Assembly: GCF_036321535.1 (NCBI RefSeq)
Contig: NC_087436.1
Coordinates: 83,888,001-83,952,000 of the forward strand
Origin: Camelus dromedarius
Taxonomy: Eukaryota
DNA: 64,000 bases
Reading direction: 5' to 3'
Made by a program: the position numbers and the translations under genes. The notes under the pieces are model-generated. The model worked only from the letters and a program-made list of their open reading frames with translations, ran no database searches and was not told the DNA's origin. Below, piece by piece: positions 52,945 through 64,000 of this stretch (positions within the stretch are counted from its first letter, which is position 1; each line of letters starts with the position of its first letter).

Positions 52945-53177
52945 TGCATGATTGGCTAGAAGTCTCTGAAGATGTTCTGAGTCAGACTGCCTGGGCTCAA
53001 GCCCCAGCTGCGTAGCGTTAGTCAAAGTAATGATGCTCGTGAAGCCTCGGTTTTCTCACTTGTAAAATGAGGGTAATAAAATACCTCCTCATAGGCATTG
53101 CCATAAAGATTAAATAAGATAATGCATGGAAAGTCGCCACACAAACGGAGCACTCAAGGCAACGTTAGCTATTATTT
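52945..53177 (+). mobile_element. MIR SINE
   Basis: gagtcagactgcctgggctcaagccccagct...cttgtaaaatgagggtaataaaatacctc...aacgttagctatta. Confidence 0.85.
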
Positions 53178-53199
53178 ATGTCCTTCTGCTAGACTAGAT

Positions 53200-53305
53200 T
53201 TTTTTTTAAGTTTTAAAATTTTTATTGAAGTACAGTCAGTTACAATGTGTCAATTTCCCACTTACAGCGCAATGTCCCAGTCGTGCACATCTATACATAT
53301 AGTCG
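53200..53305 (-). mobile_element. ~105-bp 5'-truncated L1 insertion
   Basis: T-tract plus attgaagtacagtcagttacaatgtgtcaattt; perfect TSD tagactagat (53190-53199 / 53306-53315). Confidence 0.9.
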
Positions 53306-53764
53306 TAGACTAGATCTTAAGAAGTTGCTCTCAGCCTTGTGGCTTAGGAAAGGATTTAGCATCTCTATTCTGCTTTGCTAAGACCCTGCTCTGTGTCAGC
53401 GTGTGGCCCTCCTTGCCGGGGTTGGGGGGGGTGCTGGGTTGGCACAAGTTACGGGTAGTCACGGTTCTGGAGCCTTGGTCAAGACAGGACCAGTAGGAGT
53501 CCAGATAGGAGCTCAGTATTCGGAAGAGGCCCACACAGATGGGGGAAGGAGGAGTGGATTGGAAGAGATGTGGCTTCAAGGGCCACAAAATCGCCATGTT
53601 GCTCCCCAGGGAGCCATTTATTGGGTCAGATTGATAGCACGATTTAATTCATGTTCCAATGGAGAGTGGAATGGAGAATTTTGGTACGTTTCTGGGCCTT
53701 CCCATGACGTTTTTAGGACCAGGGAAGAGCTTGGGCGTGCAGGGTATACTGCAGTATACACTGA

Positions 53765-53995
53765 CTGTTCACTTCCTATTACTGCTGTAACAGACCACCA
53801 CAAATTTAGTGGCTTAAAACAACACAAGTTCATCATCTTAAAGTTCAGGAGGTCAGTGTCTAAAACGGTCAGCAGGGCTATTTTCCTTCTGGAGGCTCTA
53901 GGGGAAAATCCACTTCCATGCTTTTTCCAGCTGTGTTCTTTGGCCCGTGGCCCCTTCCCTCATCTTCACAGTCAGCTGCGGAGCCTTTCCCTTTT
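53765..53995 (-). mobile_element. MLT1 LTR fragment
   Basis: ctgctgtaacagaccaccacaaatttagtggcttaaaacaacac...tctggaggctctaggggaaaatcc. Confidence 0.8.
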
Positions 53996-54596
53996 TTAAA
54001 TGATGCCTGTCTACTAGAAAAGGGGACTTCGTGTTGCATAAAACTTGCGAAATATAAAAAAATGAGTTAACCCTTTTTCCGTTTTTTGATATATAAAACA
54101 TGTGCCTACCTTCAAATGCTAACAACTCTGGCACAAAAACGAAGTGTTGATATTTTATATAACAAACACACACACACACACTTATTTTTTAATAAAAATG
54201 ATAGGGAAAAAATCCATCTCATATATAGACTCAGCAATTTAGTTCAAAGGTAGAAATACTAAATTCCCAGAGAAACATTACATTTCCAGAGAAAGGAAGA
54301 TAAACCACAGAGAAAGACTAATTTGTACACAGAAATTGTCACTAGTCTCCAGGATCCACAGTGTGTGCTTAAGACCCCCAACAGGCGTCATCAGGGGTGT
54401 AGGCCCCATATTTTTAGGGTATTTCCCCTTAAAAAAAAAGGCCCTTCGATGCCCAGAGGGGATGGGGAGATATGGGGAAAAACGTGGAAGAGATGGTATC
54501 AGAGGTGCGATGCTATTAGAAAACCTTTCATGAATGTCACGGTCATTTGTGAGCATAAAGAGAAACTTCTTCTCCACCCAGACCCCGGTTTAGGGC

Positions 54597-54982
54597 TGCG
54601 TGAGTTTGCTAAGGCCGCCTTAACAAAATACCAGACTGGGGTCTTGATCGACAGAGCTTTATTGGCTCACAGTTCTGGAGGCTGGAGGTCCCAGACCAAG
54701 GTATTAAAGTGTTGGTTTCTTCTGGTTGATTCACAGACAGAAGCCTTCTCACTGTGTCCTCCTGGTGTTCCTTCTGTCTATGTTGTCTGTGTCCCTATCT
54801 CCTCTTTTTGTAAGAACACCAGTCAGATTGGATTAGGGCCCACCATATGCCTTCATTTTAACCTAATTTACCTCTTTAAAGACCCTGGCTCCAAATGCAT
54901 ATTGTCTCCAAAGTCACATTGTAAGGCACTAGTGGTAGGACTTCAACATATGAATTTGGGGGATGCAATTTAGTCCATAACA
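54597..54982 (-). mobile_element. MLT1B-like MaLR LTR
   Basis: cacagttctggaggctggaggtcc...accagtcagattggattagggcccacc...gacttcaacatatgaatttggggg...tccataaca. Confidence 0.9.
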
Positions 54983-55669
54983 AGGATCAACCGAATTTAT
55001 TCCTTTCCATTATCTTTTGATGGAGTAGCTTGTTCCAGCTTCCTCTATCACTCTTTCTGTTGAGAGAAGGGTTAACACAGGGGTAAGCTTAACGGCCAGT
55101 CACCAGGTGATGTTTCCAAACCTGGCAGAATCACCAGTGTCACACTGAAACCAAAACAGGAGAAACCCATTCTGGGTCCAGGTCTCTGTCAAAGTCCTCC
55201 AGAACCGTAGGGATTTCAAGGTTACCACAGAAAGTTATTTAAAACTATCCTTGCCATTATCTGTTGCTTTTTTTATTCATATTAACTCACAATCTTTTTA
55301 GGACAGAGGGTTAAATTCCTTGACTTCTCTCTGTTTCAGTCATTTTCTTTTCATATGGAGTAGGGGTTATATAGAAAATCACCGCTTAGAAATGCAGAAA
55401 TGTAATTTTATTTTCTGTAACTGAACTCAACTGGCATTGAAACCCTCAGTTTTGGTTAGAAATGGGGAAGAACTTTAAGTTGCTTATTCGAGACTTTTTT
55501 AGTCACTTTCAGTTTAAATCTTCCCCTTTTCCAGAATATGTCAGTGTTTCTGCCCCCTTCCCTGCCCCCAGGATGAGATCTCAATTCCTGGGAAAGGTCA
55601 CAGGTCCCTGCTCTGTCATCCTGTCCTCCTTGGTCTTGCCTGAAGTATCTCATATGCAGAGTTGGATTT

Positions 55670-56565
55670 ACTGTACTGTTACTAAAGCTTAAACTTTGGG
55701 GTTTCTTCTGAACCTTTGAAGGGGCAGCAGTGATGGGTCTACATGGTCATAGATTTTTTAACATTTACAGAAGTAAAATATTTTAGTAGCAGTTGATTAA
55801 GACCACTGTTGTTTGTCATTTGATTTCCACTCCACCAAAATTTCCCTCATATGAAGCCGCTTTGGGGTAGCTGTAGGAATTTGGGGGGATATGAGAAGGG
55901 GAAGTTGAGATGCGGATACATTCAGTTTGTATTTAGTGGGATTTATTTATGTGGTTTACAGTCACTTCCATGAATAGTTAAGTTGTAGGCTGGTGAACCT
56001 TGGGTAGAAATGGGTCCTAGAAATCGTCTGTCACCCGCTACAGCAGTGCAGAATTGTGGAGGGCTGGGGGCATATCTGGAAATAGTGCCTGGGATGCCTG
56101 GCACTAGCAGCATGTGGGGAGTGGAGGAGAAAAGGCTTGGGGAGAAGCCTATGATTCTTCCAGTTACCAGAGGGGTAACATTGTCAGCAGAAAATTTTGT
56201 TCTCACTGAAACCTGACGTAGGGATTTTTTAGGCCAGGTATACGCTCAACAATGCAGCATATGCAATTATAAGTGATACTTATATATATTTTTCTGATGG
56301 AAATGATGCAATAGAACTTACAATTCCTGTGTTTGCAGGGCACAGGCACCGACAGCTGATACATCTATTGTGAGGCCACATCATTTATGTTTTCTAACGA
56401 TCAGTTATAAAAAAAAAAGTAAATGTCAATCAATGATCCTTGAGGAAAACCTGAATTATCCAACTTTTTATTCTCTCTATAGAAAATATTACAAACAATT
56501 ACCATATGAATAAATGATCAAAGGTTGTGCAGCCCAAAATCTATGAAAAATGCCTTATAGCAGTA
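55670..56565. mobile_element. hAT-Tip100 (Zaphod-like) DNA transposon relic
   Basis: gaggaaaacctgaattatc...tattctctctatagaaaatattacaa...tgcagcccaaaa resembles my recollection of Zaphod; boundaries uncertain. Confidence 0.5.
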
Positions 56566-57084
56566 TAAACAAATAATTCTCCTTTTGCTCCTTGAGCTGA
56601 GAGCAGGGCTGATGTGTTGGGGGGCTGGACTCCAGCCCCAGTGCAGCAACTCTATGCTCTCCTTGTCTAGACCTCAGTGGTCTGCCAGATCTACGTTCCC
56701 TGAACAAGTGCATTTCAGCACACCTCACCCCGTTTCTGAACTCCAGGAGCACTTAATGCCCCAGTGACATTCAGGGCACCCCACTGGCATGCAGGAGCAT
56801 GTAGGACAAGCGAAGCAAAGGGCCTGCTGCTGCAAGTCCTGCTTCTGAACAAATGCTCCACGCCAGTGTGTCTGCTGCTCCAGGACTGGTGTGTGTGTGT
56901 GGCAGGGGTGGGGATGGGAGTGGGGACCCTCTGTGAGGCCATTTTTACATAGCTTCCTTTGCTTTAGAATTTCAAAATCTGACTGGAGCTTTTGTTTATC
57001 TGCCCCCTCCAAGTGTTTGGGTTTCAGATCTTTCTTACCGATACTCTCCAAGCACCTCCTCCCAAGCCCAGGACCTGCTTTTAC

Positions 57085-57300
57085 AGCACCACGGTGCAGT
57101 AGTTAAGAGCATAGACCAGAGCCAAATCACACAGGATCAAATATCAGGGCCATCAATTGTAAGCCTTGTAAGCTTGGATAAGTTAGTTAACATCTCTGAG
57201 CATCAATTTCCTTATCTCTACAAATGTTGTAATGAGGATGAGTGAGTTAACGTGTCTAAAGGACTTGGAATACAAAATGCAGCTGTGTCAGCTGTTATAC
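57085..57300 (+). mobile_element. MIR SINE
   Basis: agtagttaagagcatagacc...ggataagttagttaacatctctgagcatcaatttccttatct. Confidence 0.8.
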
Positions 57301-59150
57301 TCTCCTCGCTATATGTAGAGTAGGCACTTGTGCCGTATCCTGCACCTTTCCGGGTCTGTGGAGTATAGTAAAAACATGCTCTGGCAGTCAAGTTTGGTTC
57401 CTTGATATTTAAAGATAAGCTTTTGGATTTAGAACACATTTTTTTTTTTTTTAAATCACAAAGGCCCAGAATTACAAGGAAAATCCTGGGTTTCAGGACT
57501 ATTGCTTCAGAGATGCACTTCTAATGCCTATTTTGGAAGTGAAGAAATGAACATAAATGTTTGTTTATGTTGCATCTCAGCTATAAAGATACCAAATTTC
57601 TTGGAAGCAATGAACACTTCTGGCCAATAAGGAGAAAAACATGAAAAAATATTTTTAAAAGTACAAATATTAAAGTAATAACATATTTTAGAATGCTATT
57701 ATATACATATCAGTAAAGGAGAATCAACACTTTGAATTTCCTTTAATGGTGCCAGGTCCCAGGCCATGAAATTTATATATAGTGCTTAATCTTTACAACA
57801 GCCTCTTATATAGATAGTTTTATTTCCATTTTACTCATGGGTAAACTGAGGTTTGCAAAATTTCAAGTTACTTGCCCAAACTATTTAGTGTATTAAGGGG
57901 TGAGCTATGATTCAAATTGACATTTTGCTTCCAAAAGACATGCTCTTCCCACTCGTTGCCCTTGGTGGCCCACTCGTGACTCCCTAGAACTTAATTCTCT
58001 GAAAGAAAAGCATCTGACTGGAAAAGAGCATTTTTCTGTAAAGGAGAGATTTCCAACACCACCAGAGGCTTGTCAACTGTGGAGGGCATCTTCCTGAATC
58101 TTTAGAGCCTTCTTCCCATCAGAAGGATACCCTCAACTTAATAAAATAATCTAGGATACAGGTTCCATCTGCAAGTGTGACATCCATTATGAAAGTATAG
58201 CTCAGTGTGATGTGTAATCAATTCTAATTAACTCTCCTCTGCCAGTAAATTCTGCCAATACATTGATTCTATTAAAAAAAAAAAAAACTCGACCTGTCCT
58301 TGTGGAAAAAGCTCATTTCATCTCTCTCAGTTATTTGTTGCTTTGACTCTAAGCTTCATCTTTATTCTCATCACAAATTCCTTAGAAAAACTGTTCCTCT
58401 CGTTCCCATAATAAATTAAATGGATAATGCTTAAGATAGTGACAAAGAAGTTTTGCTCTGAATTCAGAATAGGAATACAGAACAAATTTGTTACTCTGGC
58501 TAACACTGAAACTTAGCATCGTACAATTTGTCATATGTGTTTTCAGGTTTCAAGTTGATCCTAAGTGAAATCACGAGGAAGATAAAATTTGCTTTATGGG
58601 ATCCATTTACTCCTTTCTTAGCAATTGCCACCTTGCCTTTATATCCCCCTCACAACACTGTATCTAATGGTTTCATTTCTTCTTTAAGATTAAAAGACCA
58701 TCTTCTGAATTTTATTTAATTTTTTATTGAAGTATAATTTGACTTACAATATATTAGCTTCAAGTGTGCAACAATGATTGATATTTTTATAGATTACATA
58801 CCATACAAAGTTATTACAATATTACTGACCACGTGATGCTGTGCATTACATCCCTGTGACACTGATTTTACAACTGGTAGTTTGTACCTCTTAGTTCACT
58901 TCACCCATTTTGCCCAACCCCACACCCTCCTCTCCTCTGGCAACCACTATTCTCTGTATTTGTGAATCTGTTTCTGTTTTGTTATGTTTGTTTACTTGTT
59001 TTGTTTTTTAGATTTCACTCATAAGTGAAAACATACAGGGTATGTCTTTCTCTGTGTGATGTATTTCATTTAGCATAATACCCTCTAGGCCAACCCATGT
59101 TGTTGAAAATGGCAAGATTTCATTCTTTTTTATGGCTGAGTACTATTCCT

Positions 59151-59152
<2 letters not shown>

Positions 59153-59190
<38 letters not shown>
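59153..59190. repeat. (TG)19 microsatellite inside L1
   Basis: Directly visible. Confidence 0.97.
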
Positions 59191-59196
<6 letters not shown>

Positions 59197-60251
59197 CATG
59201 TGTGTGTACACATCTTCTTTGTCATTCATCTATTGATGGGTACTTAGATTGGTTCCATATCTCAACTAATGTAACTAATGCTGCAATCAACATAGGGGTG
59301 CCTATATCTTTTTGAATTAGTGTTTTCATTTTTTAAATATATACCCAGTATTGGAATTGCTGGATTACATGGTAGTTCTATTTTTAATTTTTTGAAGAAC
59401 CGCCATACTGTTTTCGATAGTCTCTGTACCAGTTTAGATTCCCACCAACAGTGCATGACAGTTTTTCTCTACATCCTCACCAGCACTTGTTATTTCTTGT
59501 CTTTTTGATAATAGCCATTCTGACAGGTGGTATCTCAATGAGGCGATATCTCATTGTGATTTTGATTTGCATTTCCCTGAATTATAGTGATGTTTAGCAT
59601 CTTTTCACGTGCCTGTTTGTTCATCTGTTTGTCTTCTTTGGAAAATGCCTGTACAGGACCTCTGCCCACTTTTTGCTTAGATTTTTTTATGTTGAGTTGT
59701 ATTTTTTTTTAACATATTTTGGATATTAAACCCTTATCAGACATGAAATCTACAAGTATCTTTGCTCATTCAGTAATTTGCCTTTTTGTTTTGTTGATGA
59801 TTTCCTTCACTATGCAAAAGCTTTTTAGTTCAATGTATTCCCAATTGTCTATTTTTGCTTTTGTTGTCCTTGCCTGAAGAGACAGATCCAAAAAAATATT
59901 GCCAAGATCAATGTCTAAAAGCTTACTGCCAATGTTTTCTTCTCAGAGTTTTATGGTTTCAGGTCTTACATTTGAATTATTAATCCATTTTGAGTTTCAT
60001 TCCAGTTTCATTCTTTTACATGTCGCTGTCCAGTGTTCCCAATACCACTTATTGAAGAGACTTTATTTTTTCTATTGTATATTCTTGCCTCCTTTGTCTT
60101 AGATTAAGTGACAATATGTGCACGAGTTTATTTCTGAGCTCTCTACTTCCCATTGATCTGTATGTCTCTTTTTGTGGCAGTAACATATTGTTTTGATTGC
60201 TATAGCTTTGTAGTATAGTTTGAAGTCAGGGAGAATGATACCTCCTGCTTT

Positions 60252-60876
60252 TTTTTTTTTTAATTTATTTTATTTTTATTTTTAATAGACTTAATTTTTT
60301 TAGAGCAGTTTCAGGTTTACAGCAGAAATGAGCAGAAAATAGAGTTCCCACATAGCCCTCCCCACCCACACATTTATACTCCCCTACCCTCAACATTCCT
60401 CATCAGTGTGACATATTTGGTACAATTGATGAACCAACATGGACACATTTTATTAACCAAAGTCCATGGTTTACATTAGGGTTCACTCTTGATGTTGTAC
60501 ATTCTACAGGCTTTGACAAATGCATAATGACATGTAGCTACCACTATAGTATCATACAGAATAATTTCATTGCCCTAAAAATCCCTTGTGCTCCATCTAC
60601 TCATTCTTCCCTCCCTCCCTCCCTCTCCCCAAACCCCTGGAAACCATGATTTTTTTATTCTTTCTGTAGCTGTGTCTTTTCCAGAATGTCATTTGGTTGG
60701 AATTGTACAATTTGTAGCCTTTTCAGACTGACTTCTTTCGTTTAGTAATATATCTTTTAAGTTTCTTCCATGTCTTTCATGGCTTGATAGCTCATTTTTT
60801 TTCACTGCACATATATTTTTAATTTACATGTATGTACTGTTCATTGTTTCTAAGAATGTTCAGAGCTTTAGCTTTT
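60252..60876 (-). mobile_element. Nested retroposed insert with an L1MC1-like 3' end
   Basis: Poly(T), then tagacttaattttttagagcagtttcaggtttacagcagaaatgagc; perfect 13-bp TSD tacctcctgcttt (60239-60251 / 60877-60889). Confidence 0.85.
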
Positions 60877-62461
60877 TACCTCCTGCTTTGTTCTTTCTCA
60901 GGATTGCTTTGACTGTTCAGGATCTTTGTGGTTCTGTACAAATTTTAGAATTATTTGTTCTCATTCTGTGAAAAAATTACATGGGTGTTTAGATAGGGAT
61001 CGTATTAAATCTGCAGATTCCTTTGAATAGTGGGTAAATTTTAACAATATTAATTCTCCTAATCCATGAGCATGGTATATCTTTCCATTTATTTGTGTTG
61101 TTTACAGCTTCTTCCATCAATGTCTTATAGTTTTCAGAGTGCATTTCTTTTTACTTCCTTGATTAGTTTTATTTCTAGGTATTTTATTATTTTTGGTGTG
61201 ATTGTAAGTGGGATTTTTTTTTCTTCTGATAGTTTATTATTAGTGTATAGATGTAACAGATTTCTGTATATTAATTTTGTATCCTCAACTTATTTATTAG
61301 TTCTGATAGGCTTTTAAATTTTTAATTTTTTCTAATAGATTCTTTAGGGTTTTCTATATATAGTATCATGTCATTTGTAAAAAGGGACAGTTTTACCTCT
61401 TCCTTTCCAATTTAGATGTTTTTTATTTATTTATTTTTTGTCTGATTGCTGTGGCTAGGACTACCAATACTATGATAAATGAGAGGGACAAGAGTGGGTA
61501 TCCTTGTCTTGTTTCTGATCTTAGAGAAAAAGCTTTCATCTTTTGTTAGCTATGGGTTTGTCATAAATAGCTTATACCACTATAGCTTTATGCCACTTTT
61601 TGAGCCTTTTTTTTTTATCATGGATAGATGTTGAATTCTGTCAAATGCTTTTTCTACTTCTATTAAAGGTTATCATGTGATTTTTATCCTTTTATTAATG
61701 TGATGTATCACATTGACTGGTTTGCAGACATTGAAATGATTTTGCATCCCTGGAATAAATCCTACTTGATCATGATTTATGGTCTTTTTAATGTATTGTT
61801 TAATTAGATTTGCTAATATTTTGTTGAAAATTTTTGTGTCTATGTCCATCATGGATATTGACCTATAACATCCTATTTTGTGGTATCTTTATCTGGTTTT
61901 TGTATTAGGGTGATGTTGGTCTTGTAGAATGAGTTGAACATGTTCCTTTCTCTTCAAATTTTTAGAATAGTTTGAGCAGGATAGGCATTAAATATTCTTT
62001 AAATATTTGATAGATTTCAATCATGAAGCCATCTGACCCTGGAGTTTTACTTGCTGGGATTTTTCAGATTATTGATTCAATTTCTATTTTCTATCTATTT
62101 CTATTGTTTGGAATTCTCTGTGATTCCTGAACCTGGATATCTGTTTCCTTCCCTAGGTTGGGCAAATTTTCTGCCATTGTTTTATCAAATAAATTTTCTG
62201 CTATTTTCTCTCTCTCTTCTCCTTCTGGGATCCCTATAATGTGAATATTAATATACTTGTCATTGTCTAATAGGTTCCTAATCTATTCTAATTTTTAAAA
62301 AATTCTTGTTTCTTTTTGCCTTTCTGATAGGTGATTTCCACTATTCTATCTTCTGGTTTAATTATGCATTCTTCTTATCACCTAATCTGCTATTAAGTCC
62401 TTCTAGTGTATTTTTCATTTTAGTTATTGTATCATTCAACTCTGAGTTGAACTCTAAAGTT

Positions 62462-62497
62462 AAACAAACAAACAAACAAACAAACAAACAAAAAAAC
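62462..62497. repeat. (AAAC)n A-rich tract
   Basis: Directly visible. Confidence 0.9.
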
Positions 62498-62749
62498 TGA
62501 GAAAACCAAGTTTGGTGAAGATACGATACCACCAGTTTGGAAACCTGGCAGGTACTAAAGGATCATACAATACCCAAAGGCTCTGCAATCCTTCTCCTAG
62601 ACATGAGAAATGTGTACATCTTTACAAAAGACTGGAATAAACATGTTAATAGAAGCCCCCTTTTAATAGCCAAAAACAATAGCAGCAGCAACAAAAAACC
62701 CCAAAATAATAACTAGAAATGAGTCAATTGTCCATCAACAGCAGAATGA

Positions 62750-64000
62750 AGACTATACCATGGGTAAACGAGAGTCTCTTCGAAATATGGTGTTGGGAAA
62801 ACTGGATACACACATGCAAAAGAATGAAATCGGAGCCCTACATCACACCATTCACAAAAATCAGCTCAAAATGGACTAAAGACTTAAATGTAAGACCTGA
62901 AATAATAAAATTACTAAGAGAAACTATAGAGAAAAATCTTCATGACATTGGTCTTGGTAATTATTTCTTGAATATGACTTCAAAAGTACAGGCCACAAAA
63001 GCAAAAATAGATAAGTGGAACTATATCAAACTAAAAATCTTCTGCAAAGTAAAGAAAACAATCAACATAATGAAAAGGCAACCTTCTGAATAGGAGAAAA
63101 TATTTGTAAACCACACATCTGATAAGGGTTTAATATCTGTAATATATAAGGAACTCCTACAACTCAATAGTAAAAAACAAATAACCCAATTAAAAAATGC
63201 GCAAAGGATTCTAATAGGCATGTTTCCACAGAAGACATACAAATGGCTAATAGGTAAATGAAAAGGGTGCTCAATATCACTAATCATCAGGAAATGTAAA
63301 TCAAAACCACAATGACATATCCCCTCACACCTATTAGAATGGCAATCATCAAAAACAAACTAAAAATTACAAGTGTTGGTGATGATATGGAGAAATTGGC
63401 ACCTTTGTGCAGTATTTGTGAGAATGTGAAATAGTGCAGCTGCTATGGAAAACAGTATGGGGGTACCTCAAAAAGTTAAAAATAGAAGTATCACATAGTC
63501 CAGAAATTCTAGTTCTAGGTATTTACCCAAAAGAATCAAAATCAGGATCTTGAAGAGATATGCACTCTTATGTTTACTGTAACAAGATTTGTAATAGCCA
63601 AGATGTGGAAGCAAACTAAATACCCATCAATGGATGAGTGGATAAAGAAAATTTAAATACACACAGAGGAATATTATTCAGACTTAAAAAATAAAGAAAT
63701 CCTGTCTCATGCAACAACATGGATGAATCTTGAAGATGCAAGTTATGTAAAGTAAAGTAAGTCATTTACAAAAGGACAGATACTGCATGATTGCACTTAT
63801 ATGAGTTATCTAAAGTAATCAAACTCATACAAACAGGAAGTAAATGGTGGGTGCCATGAATTGCAGTTTGGAGGAAGTGCGTAATTGTTTTTCAATGTGT
63901 ACAAAATTTTAGTTATGCAAGGTGAAAAATTTTTTGAAATTGGCTGCACAACATTGCGCTTTAGTTAACAATAATGTATCGTATACATAAAAATTGGCGA
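62750..64000 (+). mobile_element. L1 (L1MA-class) ORF2 C-terminal region and 3' UTR, running off the window end
   Basis: ORF 62719-63093 [36 protein letters not shown] is L1 ORF2; downstream stops and frameshifts. Confidence 0.95.

Larger units (their letters stand above)
58710..62445 (-). mobile_element. Degenerate L1 (L1MA9-like 3' end, ORF2 3' half to ~62075, then ORF1-region sequence), interrupted at 60252-60876
   Basis: Reverse-complement ORF2 motifs (gcatccctggaataaatcctacttgatcatg, gggtatccttgtcttg); ORF1-like ctccttctgggatccctataatg. Confidence 0.93.

Noticed and set aside
53403..54973. 198-aa and 216-aa plus-strand ORFs
   Set aside because: Both use non-ATG starts and run through antisense MLT1 LTR sequence; no recognisable protein features.
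57083..57100. REST/NRSE-like cagcaccacgg
   Set aside because: The right half-site is missing and it coincides with the start of a MIR.
62719..63093. 124-aa ORF as a host gene
   Set aside because: It is a fragment of L1 ORF2 with stops and frameshifts nearby.

Overview
This is AT-rich, repeat-dense mammalian genomic DNA, most likely from a camelid: it contains a tRNA-Ala-derived Vic-1-type SINE and cetartiodactyl-type L1 3' ends. I can support no intact protein-coding exon. The ORF track is explained by L1 ORF2 remnants, antisense LTR/L2 reads, microsatellites and GC-rich CpG-island frames. The non-repeat signal is the 5' end of an unidentified minus-strand gene: a CpG-island promoter at ~26.6-27.3 kb with two candidate first-exon donors and a GCC/GCT repeat, and a 118-nt ATG-less exon at 17693-17576. 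There are two further CpG-rich pockets with splice donors, at ~18.6-19.1 kb and ~47.9-48.4 kb. The rest is L1, L2, MIR, MaLR/ERV LTR and Tigger/hAT relics, several nested with readable target-site duplications (TSDs). I found no convincing new biological system. The best leads are the multi-promoter, uORF-laden leader, a possible compact antisense two-exon transcript, a young solo LTR beside the distal CpG island, and an old-looking L1 3' end inserted with a perfect TSD. Repeat subfamily names are recalled from consensus sequences, not searched, and old-repeat boundaries are approximate.
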